Position numbers and translations under genes: made by a program | The notes under the pieces: generated by a model | Database searches by the model: none | Seen by the model: only the letters and a program-made list of their open reading frames with translations | Told to the model about the DNA's origin: nothing | DNA from: Raillietiella orientalis | Taxonomy: Eukaryota | Direction: 5' to 3' | DNA length: 64,000 nt | Assembly (NCBI GenBank): GCA_036172245.1 | Contig: JAYWIR010000025.1 | Span: 124,001-188,000 of the forward strand | In this document: positions 13,640 through 25,600 of the stretch, in pieces | Layout: every line of letters starts with the position of its first letter | How positions within the stretch are numbered: the first letter of the stretch is position 1

Positions 13640-14420
13640 AAACAAAAACAAGAGAGTGCAAACGCAAGTTCGCAGAGTTATCAACGCCGTATCATGGACA
13701 GCAGAACTTTCCCGAGCTACGAGACGCAATGAAAGTAATGGAGAACCGAGTGCCAGTCCGGAGATTGCATTTTTACGACGGTCCATGGTGAAACGAGACT
13801 TTGCACTACTATCTTCCCTGCATCATCCGCAAGAAGCCCCACTGGCTGAAAGCTCCGCTCTGGACAAAGCTTCAGGGAATACAAAGTGCAAGAAGCGACG
13901 GGCACTTCACGTTTTGAATATTCTTACTAACGGCTGAAGAAGCCGTTTAAAATGGATTTCCTTAGTGCCCTATTATTTGCGACTTGCATAATTCAATCAC
14001 AGTCTTCACTCATCGGTGCCTTCGGTTGCAAGAGGCTCTGAAAAAATACACGCTTCCCGATTTGCTGCAGGAGCCCCGAGAAGAATAACGAAAATCTCCG
14101 AAGTGTCAGAAACCGCAATCAGAAACGACAAAAGCAATGCATGTAGCCGATAGGCAGGAGTCAGAAATTTTGTACCTTTGCTCACGCGGTCGGCGAGATG
14201 GAAGCCCACTGTTTTTTCAAGATCGTTCTGGACAACACAGGAGAAGAGGAGGAAGATTGGGGAATTCGAAAAGAGAAATGTCATGTCGAAAGACTTCACA
14301 AGAAAATACTCTAATCTTATCAGCGATCGCAAGATCAATTCCATTCCTGATGTCGTTGGGCAACTCCGCGTCTGTAGGCGGCGAAGGTTCTCCGAGTGAA
14401 TTAATGTTTGAACGTGGTAA
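13640..14420 (+). mobile_element. Possible LINE ORF2 remnant (APE end and linker)
   Basis: CPIICDLH (P..SDH-like) followed by RGRRDGSPLFF (GE..TKFF-like linker); weak. Confidence 0.25.
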
Positions 14421-14558
14421 GTACGGCAGATTTACCTGTGTGGGTCTTGGAGAGTGGGTGGCTACTGCTCGCAAGACCATCGAATTTCGATTACCAGAAA
14501 AAAAAAAAAAAAAGCTCATGCATGCGTGGCACAGTTTGAGGGATGCACGGGTCGCACT

Positions 14559-14591
<33 letters not shown>

Positions 14592-16332
14592 AGCTCGCGA
14601 GGAACCAGCAAATGATCTGAAATTTCTCATCATCTTGGAAAGAGGAGAAATAAGAAATTCATGAGGCTACCCGCCGAACGCCCCCCTCAAATCAACCAAT
14701 CAATTAAAAATTACGATTACTGTCATGGCCGCTCCAGCCCAACTCGGATCGCATGCTGAAAACCCCCAATCTTCATGGAATGAAAATGTCGTCGACGTGA
14801 AAAGCCAGGCAAGAAGGGTGGAATACAAAGTGCAGAAACAACCACCGGACACGCCACAGGTGAGAATAATGTGGAGAGACCAGACGCTGTGGTACGCTGA
14901 ATACGCGGGTTTCTGTCTGCCTTTTTTTTTTAAAAAAAAAAAAAGGATTCAGGATATTTGCAAAAGCCGCCCTTATCAGAGCCCATGAAAGCAGAGACGA
15001 GTGCAGGAAACAGAGTCATGGCCAGTTGACCAGCGATCTTTGTATCAGAGTCCGCCTGAAGTTGCCCGGGAAACGAACACGGACAAAGTCTGATCTGGAA
15101 GGAAGACGTTCATCTTTTCCCATCGGTTACGCTCATTCAAATGAATTTCGCAAATCCCCCCCCCCCCAATCACAAAGCAATACAAGCAGCACAAGTGGAA
15201 CCCCAAGTATCATACTCAGACATCAAATTAATGACACGAGACAGAATAGATTCCGGAATCGACAGAGCCTACACGTGTTGAATCAGAGCACCTAAGTGCA
15301 TGGAGAAGTTTGAATTCCTTTTCTGGCGAGAGTAACCGCAGTGAAGGAATGCCTGTGGCATTCGCCCTCGGAGCATCGTTCACCAATGTCCTTGTCCGAT
15401 GGACTTTCCCGTCCGCAAAATGCAAAACGAGCGTGTATTCCAAGCGGGCAGATTCGTGGTCAGCACAAGCGCATGAATAGGCCCGCAGGAAGGGGAAAAG
15501 AGAATGACCAACGGCTGACGAATCCTTTGTTTCAAAAGTGACTCTTCCAACGTTTCGCATTCTCCTCAGATCTCCAAGCAGGAAGCTGCGCTTCCTGAGA
15601 ATCTGAAACGGAATCCGAAAAGCAGCAAGCACACTGAAACCGGAGGGACTTTTCACCCCCGTCCGGTCAAACCCATGTAGTCAGTGTGTCGTCTTCGTGT
15701 GAGGACGGTTAAGACATCGCTCTGCGCACAGAATCGCTCATCTTGTGATTCTGAGTGCACCCGCAGAATGTAAAAGAACGGTTATTGAGAAATGCAGAGG
15801 GAGGAAAATCAAGGGCGGAACATGGTGCCAGTTTTATTTTCCCCATTTCTTAAATGATCTCAAAAATCTTCAGCAGCAGCATCCTTCACGTTTTTAAATT
15901 CAAGTCGACCTGATGGAGTCCAAAGTTCGAATATTCAACGGCGAACTCAACGGATCCAAGTGCCATGTTATCAGGAGACAGATAAAGGGGAACGAAGGTT
16001 TCGTCTCCTGGGCTTTCTCACTTCCGTGAGATTTATGGTTTTAAAGATAAATCTCACAAAGTTGGGGATCAAGGGGTACAGAGAATCCATCTTTCACCTG
16101 CCACCTCCTTCGCTGCTGGAGTTGGGGGCTACTCGAACAGGCGAATCTTCCTTCACGGAAGAACACGAGGCAGTCGTGCCGTTCGGGTACGTACAGCTGC
16201 AGTTCGCCTGGCACGCTGATGCTGATCTTCAAAACCTGAAAACTGCGAAGAGCTCCCACAAGAGGTCGGCTCTAAGAACTCGGGCGTTTTCGTTTCCGAG
16301 ATTGCACAGCGCATACCAAAGATTCAAGGAGT

Positions 16333-16338
16333 TTTATT
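16333..16338 (-). promoter_or_regulatory. Candidate polyadenylation signal (AATAAA) of ABCD4
   Basis: tttatt on the + strand, about 35 nt downstream of the ABCD4 stop codon. Confidence 0.5.
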
Positions 16339-16372
16339 TTTTTTCACTTCCGTCACTATCAACGTGTTTATC

Positions 16373-16673
16373 CTATAAGTGCCAGCTGTTTCTCCGGCAT
16401 CTCTTCTCAGATGAGTGTTTCGAGGTGTTCTTGACACTCCAGCCCCCTTTTCCGTCCAATGTAAGGATGGTTTCGTGGAACTTTTCCAGGGACCTTCGAT
16501 GACCCACACTGATCACAGTTATCCCAAGATGGCGGCACTTTTCGTAAAACACAGACTCCATGTTCACTGACACGGAACACGTAGCCTCATCTAGGAACGC
16601 AAACACAGGTCTGTGATAGAGAACTCGTATCAGGCACAATCTCTGAATTTCTCCCGGTGACAGTCCTTTGATT
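16373..16673 (-). CDS. ABCD4: ABCD4 coding exon 11 (signature, Walker B, H-loop, stop)
   Basis: IKGLSPGEIQRLCLIRVLYHRPVFAFLDEATCSVS...ISVGHRRSLEKFHETILTLDGKGGW...; ends in TAG. Confidence 0.93.
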
Positions 16674-19600
16674 CTAAAAGCAGACGAAATTAAACAGAGG
16701 GAAATCAGTTTTCCGGTTCTCTCAGCGTTTTCGTCTTGAATGCGATTTCTACTATTTCATTGCGTAATGTAGCGCGTGCTATCCGTCTCGATGACGGAAA
16801 TCATCGTTCGTAACACAGTGAACGTCAGAGGTCCGTTCTCTGCTAAGGAGAACCTTTTGTCTCGATCGTTTGGTTCTCATCGACTGCTTGCAGATGAAGC
16901 TTCTCAATTAGAAATCGCTGCACACCGCCCCGTCGCCCGCTCGAAAGGAAGCACGGAACACCCATGGGGTCTACCCGAAAGAAAACAAAGCGGAATTTCG
17001 ACAACCGCGCTGTCTTTCGGCGCTGTCTGATGCAGTCCATCGCCTGCAACAGCATTCTGGGAGATTTGGCCACTTTAAAACAAGCCCGCAAGTGCCACTC
17101 GTCCGAAAAACTCGCTTTTCCAGTTCTGCAGGGAGCATCCGCAAATTGGACGGGCAAAAGTATTTTTGTGTTTGGCAAACACGGCAGCAATCACGTTGAA
17201 TCGCATAGCGTGACAAAAGACCCGATCTCAATATTCATGTAATGACATCCTTCTTTTGCTTTCCCTTTTCCCTCTCCCTTCCACGCGAACTTCCTTCCGA
17301 AGCGTTTCGGAGAGCGACGCAGCGAACGTGGTCCAAAGTCCCGCACCCGTAGAAATTCATCAGAATGAAGAGGGGCCTCACATCGGAACGGAATGCAACG
17401 GCTAGTGATGGGTTCAAGGTGCCCACGATTTGTCACCCAAGGCAAGCTAACATGCCCCTTGATGAAACCCAACAAAGTTTCCCCAAAGAGTAGGTTTGAG
17501 ATCCGAAGCCTCCGGAATCCCGAATGGCAAGGACGGAAGTATGTCCCGAACATTCAGACGAAAAGAATATAATGGGGAAAGAACGAGGTTTTGAGCAGCT
17601 GGCGATTCGAGAGCATTTCGGTAACACCATTGCGGAACGGAAGCACAAGCTGGAAGCAACGCAGTGTACACCCTTGGTAAATGGAGGTGTTCACGAGAAC
17701 GCTCTTCCGCTGAAGGATTCTGTACCGACAACGATCCATGCCACACGTCGACTAATGAGCACGATTGGGCACACTTATGCAACGAATCTGTTGGGTGCAT
17801 TTGCGTTGTGTAGTGCACCGTGAGCACTTGCTGAGGTTTATGTACTCTTGCGCGCGTGCTCAGGCTGCCCACATGAAAACAAAAAACAAGGAAAAGCATG
17901 CCAAAAAAAAAGTCTGTGAGAAAAATCGTGCTCTCGTCTGTCCGCCGACAAGAACGTCTATCCACTAATAAGCCGAGGATCCATATAGAAATCCACCAGG
18001 CAGATGGAGTGGCTTCTTTGCAAACAATATACAAATGAATTTTTTAGAAAGTATTACCGATCCCACGAAATCGGGGAATGAAGCGTTTCTGATTGGTCGA
18101 AAAGGTGAGTGAGGCCCAGCATTCCTATGTAGTCGTGAAGGCTCGCATCACAGTCCACCTCTTGAGAAGGATACACTACCTGGAAGGAGAAATGAGATGA
18201 GGACCAGCACGTTCCGACAACACCAGCACATCTCAAAGCATCTTAGATCCGAGAAAGTCATTTTCTCCTGAAGAGAGTAAGCAAGAAAATACTGAGGATG
18301 AGATGTCCCCGATTTTCATGTTTCCACTTCGGCGGTACATTCAACCGACCGAGATGCAGCTATGAATTTTTGATCCCTTGGATCTGCGACGGCTAAAAAT
18401 TTGAAACGACTGATTTCTGGGATTCCGCGCGACTTGGTGCTTCACGAACTTCGGGATTCCACTTGGAAATTAATTTTGAAAGACTCGTGGGGAAGCGGAA
18501 AGGTCTTCGACCGGATTCGGGATTCCAAAAGCATTCCCTTTTCCCCATATACAAAAACAAATACACATATGCGTGCATAAACCGTCATCTGTGAAGCCGT
18601 GGCTCGTTTTTCAATACGGACACCACCGAGGAAACACGAACGCATCGTTCTTCGGCTGATTCCATCCCAGCCTTATTCGGATGACATCCTCACGATGAAT
18701 CAGAGTACGAATCCAATCTCCTTCGCGCTTCTCCCTCTAATCAGAGACTTTTCCAGATGAGGAAGATTTACAAGTTGCAGAAGACAATGCCACGTGTTCG
18801 CGCTTGAAGGCATAGCAGTGCGTGTGCGTCGAAATTTTAGCAGAAGAGTGCGATGCGACTTCCACCGAAACAATCCAAATCAAACGGTCAAAACCATTCC
18901 TGGAGGAGTTGGTCAACGACAACCCAGCTCCGGGTTCACCCTTGCATTACACATTACAAGGCAAGTCCTGAAGGCTACCTCATGCCACCTCCCAAGTACG
19001 AGAACATCATCTAATCTAGCGTTTCGGACTGCGGGGAAAAAAAAAAAAAAAAAAACAAACCACGTTACACGGGAATACCAAACGACAGTGCCAACAACTT
19101 ATGCCTGCGATCCTGACTTTGGAAACGCTGATTTCACTACGCAAGGCCGATCATTCCTGAACTCCTTTTCTAAATGGGACGCACACGTACACAGATGGGC
19201 GCTCCTCGAACAAACTTAACTTCTTAACTTACAGAACCAACTAAAACATCTCTTTCGGCAAAGGTTCGAGCTGATGAAAAAACAAAACAAAACAAAAAAA
19301 AAACAAAACAAGTTCTTCGCAGATCTCCTAAACACATTTAATGGCGTCATCCACTCAAACGTAAACTGAATTTTTTCCCGAGTTTCGGAAAGAGATGAAT
19401 GGAGACGGAAGACACAGAGGAAGCAGCAGCATTTGGACATGTGCGGCAACTGCCCGAGTGACGCACAAAAGATTTCCCACCATGTTTGAGGCACACGAGG
19501 AGGTCATGTGATTTCGATGACCATTCCGTCGTTCTTGCACAATTAGCACAATTCGGACCGAAGCCACAGGAGATTGCAAAGAATGTGGTTTTGATTTGGC

Positions 19601-22600
19601 CAAGTCGAAACCACGTTCTTTGCCATCTCTTTCAAATGTTTTCTATCCACTTGCTACTATATCATTCATACCTGTTCCAATAATGATCCACATGTCAGAA
19701 ACGGAACCTGAGGTAAATAGAATACATTTCTTTCAGGAGGCACTTGAAAAATGAGCTGACCATTAGACTGTTTCATGAGTCCTTTCATTATTCTAAGTAA
19801 TGTTGATTTTCCTGATGAACTTGGTCCATTAATTAGCACGTTATGGCCTTTTCTTAAAGTCACACACAAATCTAAAAGAGTATCAGTCTTTTAAAAAAAG
19901 TGCGGTTCACACAATTACGAATAGTACAATTAAAATGCTTTTCTTGACATCTGCAGAAATTAGAATGGATTAGAAACTATCATGACTTTAGAGAAGGCAG
20001 TTACGCTCGAAATTTGCCAAATCAAATTAAAGTGACCAAAGCGAAAAGAATGAACTGTCCTACAGCACGGGGCACATTGAACACATGTAATAGCAGAGTG
20101 CTTTGGTCAACACACGTTTGACATGAGTGTGACCACTTTCACTAGAACTCGGAATGTTTCAAGATAGAGAAGCAGAATTACCTCGAAGCAACGCCGTGTT
20201 CTTCCTATAATCCCTTACAGTCAGATGCTTGCAGATTATTGATGGATGGACTTGGCATTCCTTGTGGACATCTTCTTTCTCAAAACCATAATTGTACTTT
20301 GCTCTATGATGCACACAATGAGCTCAGAAGTGAAGATTACAAACAGCTCTACCATACATTATACCGCAATAAAGCTTTGCATCTTCCGACAAACATAATA
20401 TGGTTTCAGTTGATTTAAAAAAAAAAATATGTTCGAATGCTGCAGCAGTTTGTTTGTTTTTTCTTTTTTTTTTTAAGAAAAAAAAAAGATTGCATTTATC
20501 GCTTCCGTTTTAAAAGTGTTGGAACTAAACGTTAGTATCGGAGAAAAATTGAATCATTGTCGACTTCCAGCATTTAAGGAAACTCTTTTCAATTCCTTGA
20601 AATTGAATGCGTTAGAAAGAAAAGGAGCTAGAATGTACTGGAACGATTCCATTTATGGGAAACATGAAATGCAACCAGAAATATCGTCATACGAAATCAG
20701 ATAAACAAGATTCTTAAGCAAAACACTTAAATTACGGGGAGGGGGGGGGGTTCCTGCTAGGGTTACAGATTCCGGAATTTCACGTGGACCGCAAAGCATA
20801 CTCACTCGAGAATGTATCCTGCGGAAAGGCAATATTCCATAAATTCCCCCACTCGGTGGGTTAAGCCTGCTATTACTCCAAAGTTGGACGCATTACTCAC
20901 AAGCGAAGTCAGAATGGACACCAAATACATCGTTAGGAACGCGTTCTGCTGAAGGGATCAAAAAAGAAAGAAGAAGCATTTCGTACCTGAGAAAAAAGAG
21001 CGGACAGCGCTGTTTTGTCCAGGTCATCGTAAGCATCGTTGAAAACTGGAATGGCGATGATGATGTAGCTCAAAATGCTTCCAAGGTAACTGAATAATTG
21101 CATGCTGACATTCAGAGGGAACTTCCAGACGAACAAGCGATGGAGGGTCGACCGCAGGTTCCTCAAGAATTCATTTAGCTTAAATTTCTCGACACTCTGT
21201 CCATCCAAAAAGGCAATGCTTTCCGCATGCTGCCTTACGTACACGTGTGCGTATCTAAAAGAACACGGGCAATGTGAAAAACGAAAACTCTAAAACCTAA
21301 ACCAGCAGCTAAAAACATCGCATAAATATCAGTTTGTACGCTGTTATGTAAGGATCTTTCCACGCATGTTGACGCAAGCAAAGGACAAAACCCTCTAAAG
21401 TCATAGAAAAACAACTAGACTTTAAGTTCGGGCTAACTTTAGAGTAACGTGCAGGAAGAATGCTCTCCTAATTCCGCGATGACTGGTCCACTTTTGTGGT
21501 CTACAAAGGGAAAAAATGCCCCGAGATCACACAGACTTTCCTTGCCTAGACTGCCTTCCACAAACAAGTGTTTCCCTCTATCTGTGTGGTGTACGTGACT
21601 TCCTAACACATGCAACTTGAGACGATCTCCAAATGATGCTTGTTAAGTTTCCTGCGCTTTCCTAAATACCGCCCTGGAGCTGCTCCTTTCCACTCAAGAA
21701 GAACAAGCATGGCTGCAGTTGGCACTTGGTCTGCTCTGTTCATGCGGACTTCTTCCTACCTAATAAGTGCAGACTGCCCGCAAAGGTTTCCGGCCTGAAA
21801 GATCAGTGCTGCCTGATGATTCATCCCGCACCGAAGCATCCTCGAAAGTTACATTTTACTGTTACGTCCAGATCCGTAAGTGTCGCTGCTGCCAGGCTTT
21901 TGACTTCAATGACGCCATTTTCAAAATTTCATGGCATCCCTCGTGAATTCATGTTTTCTCCGCTGCTTATCACTGAACGTGCATTTCGGTATCGAAGAAG
22001 ACAAATCTGCAAAAGCATGCTCTACTTGCATCTGGATATCTCCGAGAAGGACTCAGCTAGGAGTATAACCGGAAGAGGAAATATCGGGAGCGCAAAAATC
22101 TTAACTCTTTTGCAAGCAGTGCACGTGCATAAACAATTGGCATACTTTGTTGTCTGCCATGTGGGTACGCTTGATAGCTGATATATGGACGAAAAAAGAT
22201 ATCCCGGTCCACGCATAAAGTCCGAGGCAACACGGTCTCATGACTGATGCATATCCACTGCAAATTACGATATGCCGTGACACACATCACCGAGGAGAAA
22301 GCGGGCTCTCCGTCAAACTTTAAGTGAATGCCTACAGATAATTCTCAACAGATAAGCGGAGAAGTCGTGATATTCGCAGACAGGGTAGCAGGAGCAGGTA
22401 GAATCCTCGAACGGCTTTCCGAATGGAAAGCGTGCCTGTTGGGACAAGACTGCTGCGTTGAAGCACGGAAAATTCCGCTCCTCGCATTTCGTCATGTTTT
22501 TTTTTTTTCTTTCGAGACGGAATCAACGGCAATCAGTGAGCCTCTCGAAAGTGTAATGTGCTCCCTTGCCAGTTGAATGCTGATACCTCAGAGACACTCC

Positions 22601-25600
22601 GTAGAGAAAATGCAGGCCGCACAACTCCACATCGACTATCGGCGAGGGTTCAGTCTCTGTTCTTGATGGATGTCCGGAGAACCCGCGCTTTGTGACCGAC
22701 TACAGGCTGTCGACTGGTTTGGATTTTATTCCAGAGTGCTGTCAGAGACCGAGAAGGGAACTGGCTGCAGTCTATCCACGTATTCATGTCTTTGGACGAC
22801 AAAACGCTTCACCGTTTCTCCAAGGTGATAATGCACCTCATCATCATCATCATCATCATAAGGCCAGTGGCGAATAATATGTACCATGCTGGCCACGGTT
22901 CATCACAAGATCCCGAGGTCCTTGTACACGTGTACACTTTTTTAGAACCACTCCCCACCACCTCTTCTGTCACCCCAAAAACTCATCACATCCTGCAGTC
23001 GAAACAGAAACAAGCTTTTCATCTACCTCTAGAGCAGAAAATCGCCGGAGTCCTGGAACCGTGTTCCCACCCTGGTCCCAGCGTGCAAGTAGAGATTCTC
23101 TTAGCTAGAACAAAGAATCCTGGAGGATCTCGCACCGGGAGGTACCTGCAGTTAGATTTACTTCTGTTCAAGGGCCCCTATCCCGTTCTCTGGCGCAGCC
23201 AAACCACATATACAAGCGCAGAGCCAATGACCAAACCCCCCTCTGCAAGGACTGCAAGGACTCCTCGATTACACAGCTTGAAAGCGACGTTTTTCGCTCT
23301 CTTGTGCACCCCGATGCACAAGCATACCTTATGCACCTTTCCATGAAGGACACTGCTGCAGTAGGATTACTTCACTTCCTCCTCTACGTTTCTTCTCGAG
23401 AAATCTGCATGGAGTACGGTTCCAGAGCAGGAACTGTTTCGCCTTACTCCAGCTTGCTGGCGCATGAAAATCTCTTATAACGGAACCACGGCACATGGCG
23501 CTCTCTCTGTACGTGTGATCTGCTGTAAAACTCTGAAGAGAAAAATTTTCAGAGGCCGCTCTAGGATGCAGCTCCTCAGTTCAAAAGGTACTCGGAATAT
23601 TTCTTAAAAGATTCACCCTACCGCTTGCGATTCTTTTGCTAGAGTCCCAGAAAATGTATGAACTCCGTGTTAACTATGCAGTTTTGGTGTAAATCGGTGT
23701 GAAAACGCTTGCTTCAGCTTCCGTTGCCACACTGAATTGAAGTGCCCCGTATGTGGTCCACAGGTATTGACATGGAAATGGGAAAAGTTTGCATATAGGC
23801 GGACTATGAATGGAGGATCAGGCGGTTCAACTAGTAATGCCGAGGAGAAAATATAAAGTATCTGACTAGTGGTACTTCACGATCGTCAAATGTGCTAAAG
23901 GGTCGCTGCTACCTCTTTGCCAAATTCTCTACCGTACTGCGCTTATTTGGCCAATTACTACATGCTCCCAAGTATATGAAAGATTCGATCAAAGAACCGC
24001 TCAGCAAACAAAATCACAGAAGGAGCAGTAGAAACCTTGGTAGATCTGGGGGATGAAGCCTATTAGCTTTCAAATGTAAAGAATAGCAACGGTTAAAGGT
24101 AGGCACCGTGGGCGCGATCAAATTGCTACCTTGAGTAGCCGAAAAGAAAAAGCAAAGTGCTGCAAAATTAAAATGGATACGCACTACGAGGCTTTTCAGG
24201 AAGAGAGAGAAAAAAAAGAGAAGCGACTGCAGAAGTCATATACTGACTGCACCTTTATTTTTCAATCTGTGTCCTGAAAGGAACACATGCGGATAATTCG
24301 TGGAAAAAATCCCCACTACGAAACCTTGCAAAATGACCGCATTTGAATGACCCTCCAGTCAAGCCGTTGCTGAAACAGCCATACGGCAAACAGGGCTTCT
24401 GGAGATTCCAAGAATGAGCACTCCGTAAGACAACCGTACGCTCCACCTCAAAAAGGGGCTGCTGGATTTGTTTCCCACCCAAATTTTCATGAAGTTCGGT
24501 TCCTAGTATTTCTCGAGCCCCCATTGAAAGGTAATTCCATTTGGGAGAACGGAATACGCATGCGCACGCACGCACACGCACACGCGCGTTTTGGAGTATG
24601 GCTGACATCATGTTACACCGAAATCGCTACTCAGTCTTGAGCCTTAACTTTACTGCCAGACTTTCTTCAACTTCTTTCATCCATGTGATTTTCAGTCTAC
24701 AAATTTCTTACAAATTAGGATAAATGGATGATAAGTTATATATCGGCACTGGCCGCTTATCAGACTAGCAAGAAGGAAGCGCCACACACCCTTGCAGGTG
24801 AGAAACCTGATAATGGCGTGTCGAAAATCTCTGGCGCTTGCTACTGAACAACCTGGAAAGATCATAAGGAACTGAAGCCCTACTAGCATTTCAGATGCAA
24901 AAAAATGTGTCTGAAAATGACGTAGCAAACTTGGTACTACGACAAAGCGGAACCCCACTAATTGGGCTGAAGTCGTTGAGAAGTTCTAAGGATGAAACTT
25001 CCTACCATGGAACTTGGTTTCCGTGTTGAACTCGTGTTTCATCCTTCGTGAGACAAAATCTCAGGGGAATCGCACTCAATACAAGTTGAGTGCGTACACT
25101 TCAGAAACCGAGAGAAAACCAATACTGACGGATTCGTGATTATTATCGTAACGATAATAAGGTGGTGCCCTGGAGCAACTTCTCCAATGCAGTCTTGCTG
25201 GCTTCACGACCCGACCAATAAGCAAGCACAATTTAAACATCTCCTTGAACAAATAATAACAAGTTTTTTGTGTGTGTTGTTTGTCGAAGGCTCCTACTTA
25301 AAAACAGAGTATCGGGATGCGCACACTTTTCGCGCACTGAAGAAACGTGTGTACGCGCAGATACAAAAAAAAAAACATACAGTCCACAAAAATATTTCCA
25401 CGCGTGTAAACACGTACGTACTCATAGGATTCCTACTTAGACATGCAGTGTGAAAAGAGACCGTGGTTTCCCACGGGCCAGCTATGTCTTCGTTGCTATG
25501 GTTTCCGCTCTTAGCTCGAATGAAACTTTGCCACAATTTGGCTCTTTGGGGAAACATTTCCATTCCCACAAATACTGTAAACATTTTGAAAAGATTGCAA

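Noticed and set aside
14497..14590. Poly-Lys/poly-Phe ORFs over long A tracts (also about 32995 and 34100)
   Set aside because: Homopolymer runs in non-coding DNA; the translations are artefacts.
20350..20700. Alternative candidate ABCD4 exons (e.g. NAFNFKELKR...)
   Set aside because: They contain stops or phase conflicts; 20806-20945 supplies the family-matching NAF...AGLTHRVG segment.
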